Shown: positions 25,800 through 34,688 of the stretch, one piece after another
Position numbering within the stretch: position 1 is the first letter of the stretch
How the letters are laid out: each line of letters starts with the position of its first letter
Source of the DNA: an uncultured Flavobacteriaceae bacterium
GTDB lineage: Bacteria; Bacteroidota; Bacteroidia; NS11-12g; UBA955
Reading direction: 5' to 3'
Assembly (NCBI GenBank): GCA_964586595.1
Contig: CAZPHB010000010.1
Span: 3,995-67,994 of the forward strand
DNA length: 64,000 nt
The notes under the pieces: generated by a model
The model's input: only the letters and a program-made list of their open reading frames with translations
Told to the model about the DNA's origin: nothing
Databases searched by the model: none
Program-made: the position numbers and the translations under genes

Positions 25800-27960
25800 A
25801 AGGGTCAGTTGGATTGATTTTGTGTATGAATCTGTAGGCAGTTCGGTTTTTTTAAGACCACCTAAAAACGGATACAACCGTCTTCTTTTTCGCTATTTCG
25901 ATGAATTCAACGCCTTAAATGAAAACCTTATTTAGCTTTTCTGCTATACGCTCATATTCGTAATCATCAATAATGTATTCTGCTTTTATCCGCTCAAGGA
26001 TGATATTGTGGTATTTTTTATCCGTTTTGAAGAAGTTAGTTACTGAGGTTTCTAGGTTCACCCTGGATTCATACAATACAGCAATTGTGCGTATAATTTG
26101 GTTGAAAATAGAATTCAATATCTTTTCATAATCATCCGGCCTGTCCTCTTTAAAAAGTTTACCATTTAGATTATCTATAACCACATCGGCTGACCATTCC
26201 GGAGAATTTGTGTCCAGTTTTAGATCAACCAGGCCTCTTTTATGTTTGATTAGGAAGCAAATTATAGCCAAAATAGCGAGTTTACCATTTTTCGAAACAT
26301 TAGCACCAGTTTCACTTAACGAAACACTTGTAATGTATTTATCAAACATATCTGCTAATTTCAATAGGTCTACAATGGTTGATTTATCGTGGTTCCGTTT
26401 GTAAACTTTATTGTAAAATGATTTATCAGCAAAAATTTTCTTCTTTGCACTCCTTGCTGTCCCTGGTTGCTGGAGTATACATGCTAGAATAATTTGACCT
26501 AAATGATCGTTTTTTATTTTCTGCCAGTTTTCGACATTTTTATACTTTAATATACCCTCACCGCGCTTAATTTCAAGATATATTTTGGGTTCATCTTCTT
26601 TGAGAATAGTCTGTAGTTTTCGTTGTTCTATCTGATTAGACTTTAGATCTCTATCGGATATTGGCTTTTGGGAGTTTGATGCTTCGGCAATTTCCGAAAT
26701 GAAAATGTTAAAGTAATCGTCTCCTATCTTGTCCGGTTTAATTATTTTACATGGTATCGGGAAATCTAAATCTTCGTGTGTGCCTTTATATGCACCGATC
26801 ATAGTTGTAGTCTGACATCCATTGACGATTGAGAAATCCGTAAGTTTGATATTGTCTCCATCGGGATCAAAGTCTTTGCAACCGATAATTATTCCATTAT
26901 TTAAAAACCAGAAAAGATCACGCTTGCTTTTGAGTGATTCATTTATTTGGTTATCTATTTTTTCGTTTTTTATATAGTATCTGAAATTTTGCTCGAACAA
27001 GCCATCGTTCTTATACCTATCGTACAAATCTCTTAGTGAAATGGCTGAAATGTCTACTAAAAGTCCATTGTCGCCATTTTTAATCATACCATGATTTTTG
27101 AATATTTTAATTTTCCCGTTTGGTACAAATCTTCTTTCTTCCTCGTATGATGCAATTTGTTGAATAAGTTCATCCCTGAAAAATAGTTGATATTCGAAAT
27201 CATTAAGGGCCTCAACTTTTGCCAGGTGGTCATAAATCATGTTGCGATAATCCTCTGTTTTATCAAAACCAATAAATAGAACTAGTTTTATATTAAAGTT
27301 GGCATCATCTGATGCGTCGTCAAATTTTTCTCGGTAAATCTTTCTTAATCTTTCATTATAGTTGCCAATCTTTTCATTTTTGAAGTCGGAAACTGTTTGG
27401 GCCATCTTTGTAAAAATATCCTTGATCTCATCTTTTGAATTAACATCATTTATGTTCTTCGACTGGATTAGAATCAAGTTTTTCTCTAAGTCGTTTTCCT
27501 CAACAGCAATCAGGTCAATCCCACCATCGTTGGATCCATCTACAAAAGAGTTTTTAAAATCTGTTTTATCGAACTTTCCGTCATTGTAGAAATACTTATA
27601 TGCCAAGATTCCAAATATGAAGTCATCTGACAATTTGCTGGTTTCGGGTACATTTACCCTAATTTCGTTTACAGCTTTTATTATTGGGTCTTGGATTGAC
27701 ATGTTTTTATCATATTTTACTTTAAATTAAAGTTCGCCAGCAGATAAACTGGTATCTATTGATCGTTTTTTGACAAATATAGTTGTGAATGATGACCTTT
27801 CCAAGGTGAGGATAGAAGTCATTTAGCCTCGATTTGTCAACCGGTAATTAATTGGAATACAATGTTTTGGTGAGTTTATATGGTTTGTTTCGTTCAGTGC
27901 CAATTGTGAATCAGATATGTCAAGTTCTTGGAGCACGTTTCAGCTCGTTTCTTATGCGTC
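25800..27960. other. low-GC islet (horizontally acquired segment)
   Basis: Spot counts of 60-nt lines give about 33-37% GC inside, against about 62% at 25381-25440. The change is sharp near 25.8 kb. Confidence 0.7.
25915..27702 (-). CDS. AIPR-family abortive infection / phage resistance protein
   Basis: 595 aa. N-terminal GSNDGGIDLIAV...LILIQSK (nuclease/Mrr-like block). Central FWFLNNGIII...IVNGCQTT block is characteristic of AIPR (PF10592-type) proteins. Candidate -7 box TATATTTG (minus strand) at 27774-27781. Confidence 0.75.
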   Translation of the reverse strand: MSIQDPIIKAVNEIRVNVPETSKLSDDFIFGILAYKYFYNDGKFDKTDFKNSFVDGSNDGGIDLIAVEENDLEKNLILIQSKNINDVNSKDEIKDIFTKMAQTVSDFKNEKIGNYNERLRKIYREKFDDASDDANFNIKLVLFIGFDKTEDYRNMIYDHLAKVEALNDFEYQLFFRDELIQQIASYEEERRFVPNGKIKIFKNHGMIKNGDNGLLVDISAISLRDLYDRYKNDGLFEQNFRYYIKNEKIDNQINESLKSKRDLFWFLNNGIIIGCKDFDPDGDNIKLTDFSIVNGCQTTTMIGAYKGTHEDLDFPIPCKIIKPDKIGDDYFNIFISEIAEASNSQKPISDRDLKSNQIEQRKLQTILKEDEPKIYLEIKRGEGILKYKNVENWQKIKNDHLGQIILACILQQPGTARSAKKKIFADKSFYNKVYKRNHDKSTIVDLLKLADMFDKYITSVSLSETGANVSKNGKLAILAIICFLIKHKRGLVDLKLDTNSPEWSADVVIDNLNGKLFKEDRPDDYEKILNSIFNQIIRTIAVLYESRVNLETSVTNFFKTDKKYHNIILERIKAEYIIDDYEYERIAEKLNKVFI

Positions 27961-28255
27961 TGCGATATGCGTGTGGTGGTAAGTGACCGGAAAATGTTTT
28001 CTATCTGCACTTGAAGTAGCAAGGAAACCAGAATGTGGGCATTGGTTCGGCCAGAAAATTCAAGTCATGAATAACAGCGTGTTCGTCTATGAGGGAGCGA
28101 GAATAGAAGACCGACTTCTGTATACCAGAGGCTTTGCAGGCTATGCTGACACTTATCTGGTGGGACTGCTGCAGGTAAGCTGCCAATTCTCGGCGGGCAG
28201 CAGGCCTTACCACCTTTTTGCCAGCACATCCTTGAGCATCTTGTTGTCAAGGGCC
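27900..28255 (-). pseudogene. IS3 OrfB (transposase) remnant
   Basis: VVRPAARRELAAYLQQSHQISVSIACKASGIQKSVFYSRS matches the IS3 OrfB N-terminus. In-frame TAG at 28001, then recognisable residues (..HAYRRRIRNE..) fade out by about 27900. Confidence 0.6.
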
Positions 28256-28257
28256 AG

Positions 28258-28473
28258 TTAGGGGTAAATGTGCTTCAGTTTGCGGTTTTGTTCTTCCAGC
28301 TCTTTGAGCTTGCACAGTTGTTCCCCATCCATGCCCGAATACTTCTTTTTACAATTGTACAGGGTCTGTCTGTCAATGCCGAGTTCGCGGCTTATGTCCG
28401 ACACGGAACGGCCGTTTTCAGCCTGTTTGATCGCTTTCACGATCTGGCTATCTGTGAATTTGGTATTCTTCAT
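28258..28473 (-). CDS. IS3 OrfA (HTH) with premature stop
   Basis: MKNTKFTDSQIVKAIKQAENGRSVSDISRELGIDRQTLYNCKKKY. The leucine-zipper part is interrupted by a TAA (..KLKHIYP*LALDNKMLKDVLAK). Confidence 0.7.
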   Translation of the reverse strand: MKNTKFTDSQIVKAIKQAENGRSVSDISRELGIDRQTLYNCKKKYSGMDGEQLCKLKELEEQNRKLKHIYP

Positions 28474-28590
28474 GTTCGTGGTTCTAAATTAACTGTTTTG
28501 CCAACTTATAACCAGTCCGATGCTTGGGGGTACTTACATGCAGCCAATCAATGAACATGGATAATCGTGTTTCATGGATAACTTCGTCCC

Positions 28591-28920
28591 ATGTATGTGT
28601 CCATTACCGGCCTGAAACCCAAAAGCCTGCGCGCTTATTTCAGATTCTGGATCTTGGCTATTCCTTCGTTCAATCAGGCGCGCGCTGCCCGCGGGAACCT
28701 TCATTGCTCGGTGAAACGCATCCAAGGACAACAGTGCACCCTCACCGCCTGGGAAAGCCGGGAATTGATGCTGGATTTTATGCGCAGCGGCGCACACCTG
28801 AAAGCCATGAAGGCCTTCCGCAGCATCGCTACGGGAAAAACGTATGGATATGAGGCAGAAACTGTTCCCCAATGGAAGGAAGCTTTCGCGCTGTTGCAAA
28901 AGGAAGGCCGGGAATATTGA
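28591..28920 (+). CDS. small ABM/Dabb-fold-like protein (DUF3291-like)
   Basis: 109 aa. The LTAWESRELMLDFMRSGAHLKAMK block recalls monooxygenase-like ferredoxin-fold proteins. Weak call. Confidence 0.4.
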   Translation: MYVSITGLKPKSLRAYFRFWILAIPSFNQARAARGNLHCSVKRIQGQQCTLTAWESRELMLDFMRSGAHLKAMKAFRSIATGKTYGYEAETVPQWKEAFALLQKEGREY

Positions 28921-28932
28921 AATGGGCACCAA

Positions 28933-29478
28933 ATGTCACGTGATGTAGTATTGTTTATTGCGGCTTCTGAGGATGGCTACATTGCAGATCTTCAGGGAAA
29001 TATTGATTTCCTGAACATGGCGGAAATTCCTGGTGAGGACTATGGCTACGTCAGCTTCACTGCATCCGTGGATACCGTAATCATGGGTCGCAAAACTTTT
29101 GATAAGGTTCAGTCTCTTGGCGTGGCCTTTCCGCATGAAGGGAAAGAAGTACTGATCTTCAGCCGTAAAGAACAGAACCCACAAGGTCATTGCCGTTTTG
29201 TTCAGGAAAGCCCACAAGCCCTGGTTACACGCCTCAAAACATTGCCCGGCAAGGATATTTACTGCGACGGTGGTGCCGAAATCATCGCACAACTGCTTGA
29301 TGCAGGGCTGATTGACCGGATCATTCTTACCATCATCCCCGTTCAACTGTTGGAAGGTATTCCTTTATTTCCGGGCCATACGCTGCCTGAAGACTTTTCA
29401 TTGTTGTCCGAGCAGGGGTTTGCACGTGGAATCGTGCAGCGGGTTTATGAGCGTGAACCGTACAGGAGTGAGCGGTGA
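28933..29478 (+). CDS. dihydrofolate reductase-like (RibD C-terminal domain) family protein
   Basis: VLFIAASEDGYIA...MGRKTFD...IYCDGGAEI layout of the RibD_C/DHFR-like family. Confidence 0.7.
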   Translation: MSRDVVLFIAASEDGYIADLQGNIDFLNMAEIPGEDYGYVSFTASVDTVIMGRKTFDKVQSLGVAFPHEGKEVLIFSRKEQNPQGHCRFVQESPQALVTRLKTLPGKDIYCDGGAEIIAQLLDAGLIDRIILTIIPVQLLEGIPLFPGHTLPEDFSLLSEQGFARGIVQRVYEREPYRSER

Positions 29479-29523
29479 CTGAAGTTACCATTCATTATTG
29501 TCCCTAAACCTGAAATTTGCATC

Positions 29524-30144
29524 ATGGGAAATACACGTCAGGAACATTGGGAACATATATACGAAACCAAGAGCCCGGAAGAGGTAAGCTGGACGCAGAA
29601 AGAACCAAGAATTTCGCTGGATTTAATCCATAAGGCAGCACTCCCGAAAGATGCGCCGATTGTGGATATTGGCGGCGGCGACAGCCTGTTGGTGGATTTT
29701 CTGCTTCAGGAAGGATACACCCAAATTACCGTTTTGGATATTTCACGGGCTGCGCTGGAACGGGCCAAGGCAAGATTAGGTGCTGATGCCGCCAAGGTTC
29801 ATTGGGTACACAGCGATGTACTCGAATGGAAGCCTGAGCATCCGGTGGCGCTTTGGCATGACCGCGCAGCTTTTCACTTCCTCAGAACCGACGAGGAACG
29901 CAATACCTACCTGAAGCTTATGGCCGAAACGCTGAACGGGCAGGCCATCATCGGAACATTTTCCATCAACGGGCCGTTGAAATGCAGCGGATTGGAGATT
30001 CAGCAATACGATGCTGCTTCGATGCGCACCCTCCTAGCGCAATACGGATTTAAACATCTGGAATGTGTGGAAGAAACCCATACCACGCCCTTTGGAACCA
30101 CTCAGGAATTTATCTTTTGTCGGTTCCTGAAAATGCAGCCATGA
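29524..30144 (+). CDS. class I SAM-dependent methyltransferase
   Basis: Motif I IVDIGGGDS. Post-I acidic residue VLDIS. About 200 aa. Confidence 0.75.
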   Translation: MGNTRQEHWEHIYETKSPEEVSWTQKEPRISLDLIHKAALPKDAPIVDIGGGDSLLVDFLLQEGYTQITVLDISRAALERAKARLGADAAKVHWVHSDVLEWKPEHPVALWHDRAAFHFLRTDEERNTYLKLMAETLNGQAIIGTFSINGPLKCSGLEIQQYDAASMRTLLAQYGFKHLECVEETHTTPFGTTQEFIFCRFLKMQP

Positions 30145-30216
30145 CGAGAACAAAACAGTGCTTCCGGTACATTTGGACCTTCGCCTACTTGATTTAATAC
30201 GCACTGAATAAAAAAC

Positions 30217-30519
30217 ATGTTCCGCTATATACTCTTAGGGTTGCTGATCGGATTGCTCGATGCATTGCCCATGTTCAAGCGCAAGGTACCTGTGTTTTCC
30301 ATCGCTGCCATCTGGCTGCAATGGGTATTCATTGCCCTTGCCGTCGCTTATGCCCCGGCCCCCGATCATCTGTTGATACGCGGAACCCTTTTCGGCTTTT
30401 TGGGCATGGCCCCGTTCCAGATTCAACTGTTTTACCGCAACAGGGCTGCAATTCCGGGCAGCATGTTCGCCTCGCTGGTATTGGGTGCCTTGCTTGGAGT
30501 GGTTGTGGGAAGCCTATGA
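30217..30519 (+). CDS. small three-helix membrane protein
   Basis: 100 aa, hydrophobic throughout. ATGA stop/start overlap with the next gene. Confidence 0.5.
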   Translation: MFRYILLGLLIGLLDALPMFKRKVPVFSIAAIWLQWVFIALAVAYAPAPDHLLIRGTLFGFLGMAPFQIQLFYRNRAAIPGSMFASLVLGALLGVVVGSL

Positions 30520-31109
30520 AAGAGCGCTTGCCGCGTGCTTACTTCCTGCAGCCCGATGTGGTGGCGCTTGCCCGCGATTTCCTTGGGAAAGTGCTTTGCG
30601 TTCAAAGCGCTCAGGGTCAATTTGAGGCGCTTATTGCCGAAACGGAAGCTTATGCCGGCGTGGACGATCGCGCTTCGCATGCGTGGAACGGCCGGTACAC
30701 GAAGCGCACCGCGACCATGTATCAAAATGGCGGAACCATCTTTGTTTATCTGTGTTACGGCATCCATTTCCTGTGTAACATTGTAAGCAACAGGGAAGGT
30801 GTTCCGCATGCCATCCTGCTGCGCGGAGCCTTGGTTCGGGAAGATTCAGCAACTGCATGGAAACAGGTTTCCGGTCCGGGTAAACTCACAAAGCTGTTGG
30901 GTGTAAACATGGAATTTAATGGGGAGGATGTAACCTGTTCACCCATGATCAGTCTGGAAGACCGTGGCATTCAGGTTCCTTCTGATGCCATCAAAACAAC
31001 TCCGCGCATTGGGGTTGATTATGCCGGAGCAGATGCAGCCCTGCCTTACCGCTTTGTCTGGGATATTCCTGCTGCCGGCTTTGACGAACGGGTATGGAGG
31101 CCGCAGTAA
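30516..31109 (+). CDS. mpg: DNA-3-methyladenine glycosylase (Mpg/AAG family)
   Basis: LARDFLGKVL...IAETEAYAG...DRASHA...GIHFLCN blocks of the AAG family. ATG at 30516. Confidence 0.85.
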   Translation: MKERLPRAYFLQPDVVALARDFLGKVLCVQSAQGQFEALIAETEAYAGVDDRASHAWNGRYTKRTATMYQNGGTIFVYLCYGIHFLCNIVSNREGVPHAILLRGALVREDSATAWKQVSGPGKLTKLLGVNMEFNGEDVTCSPMISLEDRGIQVPSDAIKTTPRIGVDYAGADAALPYRFVWDIPAAGFDERVWRPQ

Positions 31110-31132
31110 TTAGGCCTATTTTTGCACCTATA

Positions 31133-32155
31133 ATGAAAAGAATCCTGCTGCTTTTAAGTGTTGTGGCTGTGGCAGCCATCGCCTTCTTCTTGCTGAGGCG
31201 CAACCTGAACTCAACGATGGAGGCGGGCCCTAAGGATTTTGCCATCGAACAGACGCAGAAAGTGGATAAAATCTTCCTGTCTAAAAACAGTACCAAAGAT
31301 TACGTCATCCTTCAAAAAGATGAAGCCGGAAACTGGACGGTGAAAGGCGCCCAAGGGGTGTTTCCCGCCAATACTTCAAATATTGACATGCTCTTGAACT
31401 TCGTGATGAAGAAGCTTCAGGTGAAATATCCGGTGGGCGACAGCGCTTCAGAAGCCATCAACCGCAACTTATACCTGCATGCAGTGAAGGCCGAGTTCTA
31501 CATGAACGGTGATCTTGAAAAAACACTGTATGTAGGTGGCCCTACACCCAATTCACTGGGAACCTATATGTATATGTCCGGATTGAAACGCCCCTACGTG
31601 CTTGAAGTGCCCGGGTTCGAAGGATATCTTTCGCCGTATTTCAGTACCACACTTAAAGACTGGCGCAGTAAAGAAGTGATTCATGCCAAAGCGGAGGATA
31701 TACGCAGGCTGGAAGTGACCTGGCATGAACAAGCTTCTGAGTCTTTCGTGATAGACCGTCCGGATGACGCGGGAATTGCCCTGCTCGATGCTCGGGGTGC
31801 TAAAGTTTCTGTGGCACAGAATCCCTTGCGTTCGCTGGTGGGCATGTTCGAACATGTGCACATGGAAGGTTGGCCGAACCTGCCCAGGCAACGCGCAGAT
31901 ACGGTCCTTCGCTCCAAACCTTTTTGCACCCTGAAAATCAACACCCGCGATGGCAAATCCCAAACGCTGGAACTGTTTCGCATTCCGGTAAGCGACGAAA
32001 CCTATGCTTCCGAAGACAGGGATGGCAACTTGCGCTTGTTTGAAATAGAATATTTCTGGGCCAGGGTAAATGGAACTCAGGAACTGGTGCAAATGCAAGA
32101 TGCTGTGTTGCGCAACAGGTTGAAAAAATTAACAGACTTTACCCAAATTCCTTGA
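31133..32155 (+). CDS. DUF4340-like exported protein
   Basis: N-terminal anchor MKRILLLLSVVAVAAIAFFLL. TATTTTTG -7 box at 31117-31124. Family call is tentative. Confidence 0.5.
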   Translation: MKRILLLLSVVAVAAIAFFLLRRNLNSTMEAGPKDFAIEQTQKVDKIFLSKNSTKDYVILQKDEAGNWTVKGAQGVFPANTSNIDMLLNFVMKKLQVKYPVGDSASEAINRNLYLHAVKAEFYMNGDLEKTLYVGGPTPNSLGTYMYMSGLKRPYVLEVPGFEGYLSPYFSTTLKDWRSKEVIHAKAEDIRRLEVTWHEQASESFVIDRPDDAGIALLDARGAKVSVAQNPLRSLVGMFEHVHMEGWPNLPRQRADTVLRSKPFCTLKINTRDGKSQTLELFRIPVSDETYASEDRDGNLRLFEIEYFWARVNGTQELVQMQDAVLRNRLKKLTDFTQIP

Positions 32156-32895
32156 GCTTCGGAAAATTCATAGGCGGCGGTTTGGGCTGGGTGCTTGGCG
32201 GGCCCATTGGAGCCATCGTAGGCTTTGCCATTGGCAGCTATTTCGACGCGGCCTCTTCCGACAGTGAAGAACCGCCGGTACGCCGCCCTTCTGGTTCGCG
32301 CACCAGCCAAACACAGTCGGGCGACTTTGCCATGAGCCTGCTGGTGCTGATCAGCGCCGTGATGAATGCCGACGGTCGGGTGATGCGTAGTGAACTCGAC
32401 ATGGTTAAGGCCATGCTCCTGCGCACCTATACCGATGAACAGGTGAAGCAATATCTGCTCATCCTGCGGGAATTGCTCAAGAAACAGGTTGATGTTGCCG
32501 GCGTGTGCAAGCAAATACGCGCCAACATGTCCTACAGCCAGCGCCTGGAATTGCTGCACATCCTGTTCCGCATCTCCAGGGCCGACGGGGATGTGGATCC
32601 GGCAGAATTGCGGATGTTGGAGTACATCGCCGCCCACATGGGCATCACCACGCCCGATTACCTAAGCGTGCGCGCCATGTTCGTGGTTTCCGGCGATGCC
32701 GACTATGAAATCCTGGAAATCAAACCCGACGCTTCCGACGATGAGGTGAAACGCGCCTATCGCCGTATGGCCATGAAATACCATCCCGATAAGCTCAGCG
32801 GTTTAGGGGAGCAAATGAAAAAAGAAGCGGAAGACAAATTCAGAAGGGTGCAGCAATCTTACGAACAGATCAAGAAGAAAAGGGGTATGGCATGA
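32152..32895 (+). CDS. DjlA-like co-chaperone (N-terminal TM, TerB-like domain, C-terminal J domain)
   Basis: C-terminal DYEILEIKPDASDDEVKRAYRRMAMKYHPDK (HPD J domain). Glycine-rich TM start. TTG start overlapping the previous stop. Confidence 0.75.
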   Translation: MSFGKFIGGGLGWVLGGPIGAIVGFAIGSYFDAASSDSEEPPVRRPSGSRTSQTQSGDFAMSLLVLISAVMNADGRVMRSELDMVKAMLLRTYTDEQVKQYLLILRELLKKQVDVAGVCKQIRANMSYSQRLELLHILFRISRADGDVDPAELRMLEYIAAHMGITTPDYLSVRAMFVVSGDADYEILEIKPDASDDEVKRAYRRMAMKYHPDKLSGLGEQMKKEAEDKFRRVQQSYEQIKKKRGMA

Positions 32896-33788
32896 AGCAA
32901 CCCCTGGTGCATCTGGCCTTGTTTGCCGTGGCCCTGATTTATGCCATCTTTTTCAGTTGGGCGCGCGACATCATGCCGCATTACCTGAAGCCTGAAGGCT
33001 TCATTGTGATACGCATCGGTGCAGCAGCAGTTATGTATTGGGTGGCGCATGCCTTCCTCATCCGGCAGCCGTTCAACTTCCGCCAGGATGGAAAGCTGCT
33101 TTTTTGGTGTGCACTCACCGGTGTGGCCGCCAACATGCTGATGTTCTTTAAAGGAATGGCCATCACAACACCCATCAATGGCTCGGTACTCATGTTGTTT
33201 ACGCCGGTTTTTGTGGTGGTGATTGACCACCTGAAGCGAAAAATATGGCCGAATAAGGCACTAGGTTCTGGGATCCTTCTGGCCTGCTTAGGTGCAATTC
33301 TGCTGATGGGCGGCACCGGATTCAGCTTCAGTGGAACTACCGTAATCGGTGATGTTTGGGTAACCTTAAATGCCATCAGCTATGCCATTTATCTGGTACT
33401 GGTGAAGGGACTTGTAGGACGTTACCACGCCATGACCGTGAATAAATGGACGTTTACGCTGGGCACATTGTTCGTCCTTCCTTTTGGATTGCCGCAGTTG
33501 GCAGAAACCCAATTTCATGTCATCCCCTGGGATGTTTGGATGAAAATCATGTACGTGCTGGTGTTTACCACATTTATCACCTATCAGCTGAATGCCTATG
33601 CCATCAAGCGTGCGAGTGCATCACTTGCCGGCACCTACATTTATTTGCAACCTGTGCTGGCCAGTCTGATTGCTTCCATAACCGGCCGCGATGCCCTGAG
33701 TGGAACGAAAGTCCTGTATATTCTGTTGATATTTACAGGCGTTTACCTGGCGGTTTTCCAGGGAAATAAAGCCCAAACGAAACAATGA
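32892..33788 (+). CDS. DMT superfamily (EamA) transporter
   Basis: 10-TM pattern with two EamA-like halves. ATGA overlap with the upstream gene. Confidence 0.75.
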   Translation: MKQPLVHLALFAVALIYAIFFSWARDIMPHYLKPEGFIVIRIGAAAVMYWVAHAFLIRQPFNFRQDGKLLFWCALTGVAANMLMFFKGMAITTPINGSVLMLFTPVFVVVIDHLKRKIWPNKALGSGILLACLGAILLMGGTGFSFSGTTVIGDVWVTLNAISYAIYLVLVKGLVGRYHAMTVNKWTFTLGTLFVLPFGLPQLAETQFHVIPWDVWMKIMYVLVFTTFITYQLNAYAIKRASASLAGTYIYLQPVLASLIASITGRDALSGTKVLYILLIFTGVYLAVFQGNKAQTKQ

Positions 33789-34678
33789 ACACCATGCGGG
33801 AACTGAAAAGCATGACTGGTTTTGGCCAGGGAGAAATGGCCACCGACCAATACAAAATTCGTATTTCGCTGAAGTCGCTCAACGGAAAATACTTTGATCT
33901 GGATGTGCGCATGTCGCGGAATTTTGCGGCCTTCGAGCCCGAAATGCGGCAGCAACTGCGGGAACGTCTGGAGCGGGGCTCCGTAGGCGCATCGGTAAGC
34001 ATGGAATACCTGCCCGGTGGCGCAAACAGCAGCCGGGTGAGTGCCGATGTTGCGCTTGCCGAAGCCTATGCGGCGCAAATGAAGGTACTTGCCGAAACAC
34101 TGAATACCGAAGTACACGACCTGTTGGGTAAGGTGATGGCCATGCCCGATGTTTTGCGCGTTCAGGAGGCCACCGATGAAGACCAGCTGCGCCGGGTATT
34201 TTTTCAGGCGCTGGAGCAAAGCCTTGAAAACCTCGACAGCTTCCGCAAACAGGAAGGTGCCCGCTTGGGTGAACTGCTCCGCGGTGCTTTACAGCACATC
34301 CGCGAAGGACTGAAGCTGGTGGAACAGGAAGAGCAAACCCGCCGGGATTTGTTGCGAAAACGCCTGTGGTCCGCGCTGGAAATGCAGGAGACTGAAGGGA
34401 AAATGGACCGCAATCGTTTTGAACAGGAAGTCATCCTGTACATCGAAAAGCTGGACATCACGGAAGAAAAAAACCGACTGGCCCAGCATCTTGATTATTT
34501 TGAAGCCTGTTTGCTGCGGGAACCCTCCGGTAAAAAACTCAATTTTATTGCGCAGGAAATTGGCCGGGAACTCAATACCATGGGCGTTAAATCAAACCAC
34601 TTCCCCATGCAACAGGCCGTGGTAGATATGAAAGAACACTTGGAACAAATACGAGAACAGGTGCTGAACCTGTTATAA
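33785..34678 (+). CDS. YicC-family stress-induced protein
   Basis: KSMTGFGQGE N-terminus and C-terminal DUF1732-like EIGRELNTMGVKS block. Confidence 0.85.
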   Translation: MNTMRELKSMTGFGQGEMATDQYKIRISLKSLNGKYFDLDVRMSRNFAAFEPEMRQQLRERLERGSVGASVSMEYLPGGANSSRVSADVALAEAYAAQMKVLAETLNTEVHDLLGKVMAMPDVLRVQEATDEDQLRRVFFQALEQSLENLDSFRKQEGARLGELLRGALQHIREGLKLVEQEEQTRRDLLRKRLWSALEMQETEGKMDRNRFEQEVILYIEKLDITEEKNRLAQHLDYFEACLLREPSGKKLNFIAQEIGRELNTMGVKSNHFPMQQAVVDMKEHLEQIREQVLNLL

Positions 34679-34688
34679 TCAAAGTATC

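Larger units (their letters stand above)
27900..28547 (-). mobile_element. decayed, 3'-truncated IS3-family insertion sequence
   Basis: orfA HTH ORF, retained A5G slippery site (GCAAAAAGG, 28213-28221) and the start of orfB. Putative left end reads TGTAAGTACCCCC on the minus strand at about 28547. Most of the DDE transposase is absent. Confidence 0.65.

Noticed and set aside
28534-28932. 132-aa minus-strand ORF overlapping 28591..28920.
   Set aside because: The plus-strand frame has an ATG and a coherent small-domain sequence, and it is followed 12 nt later by a co-oriented gene. The minus frame is a shadow ORF.
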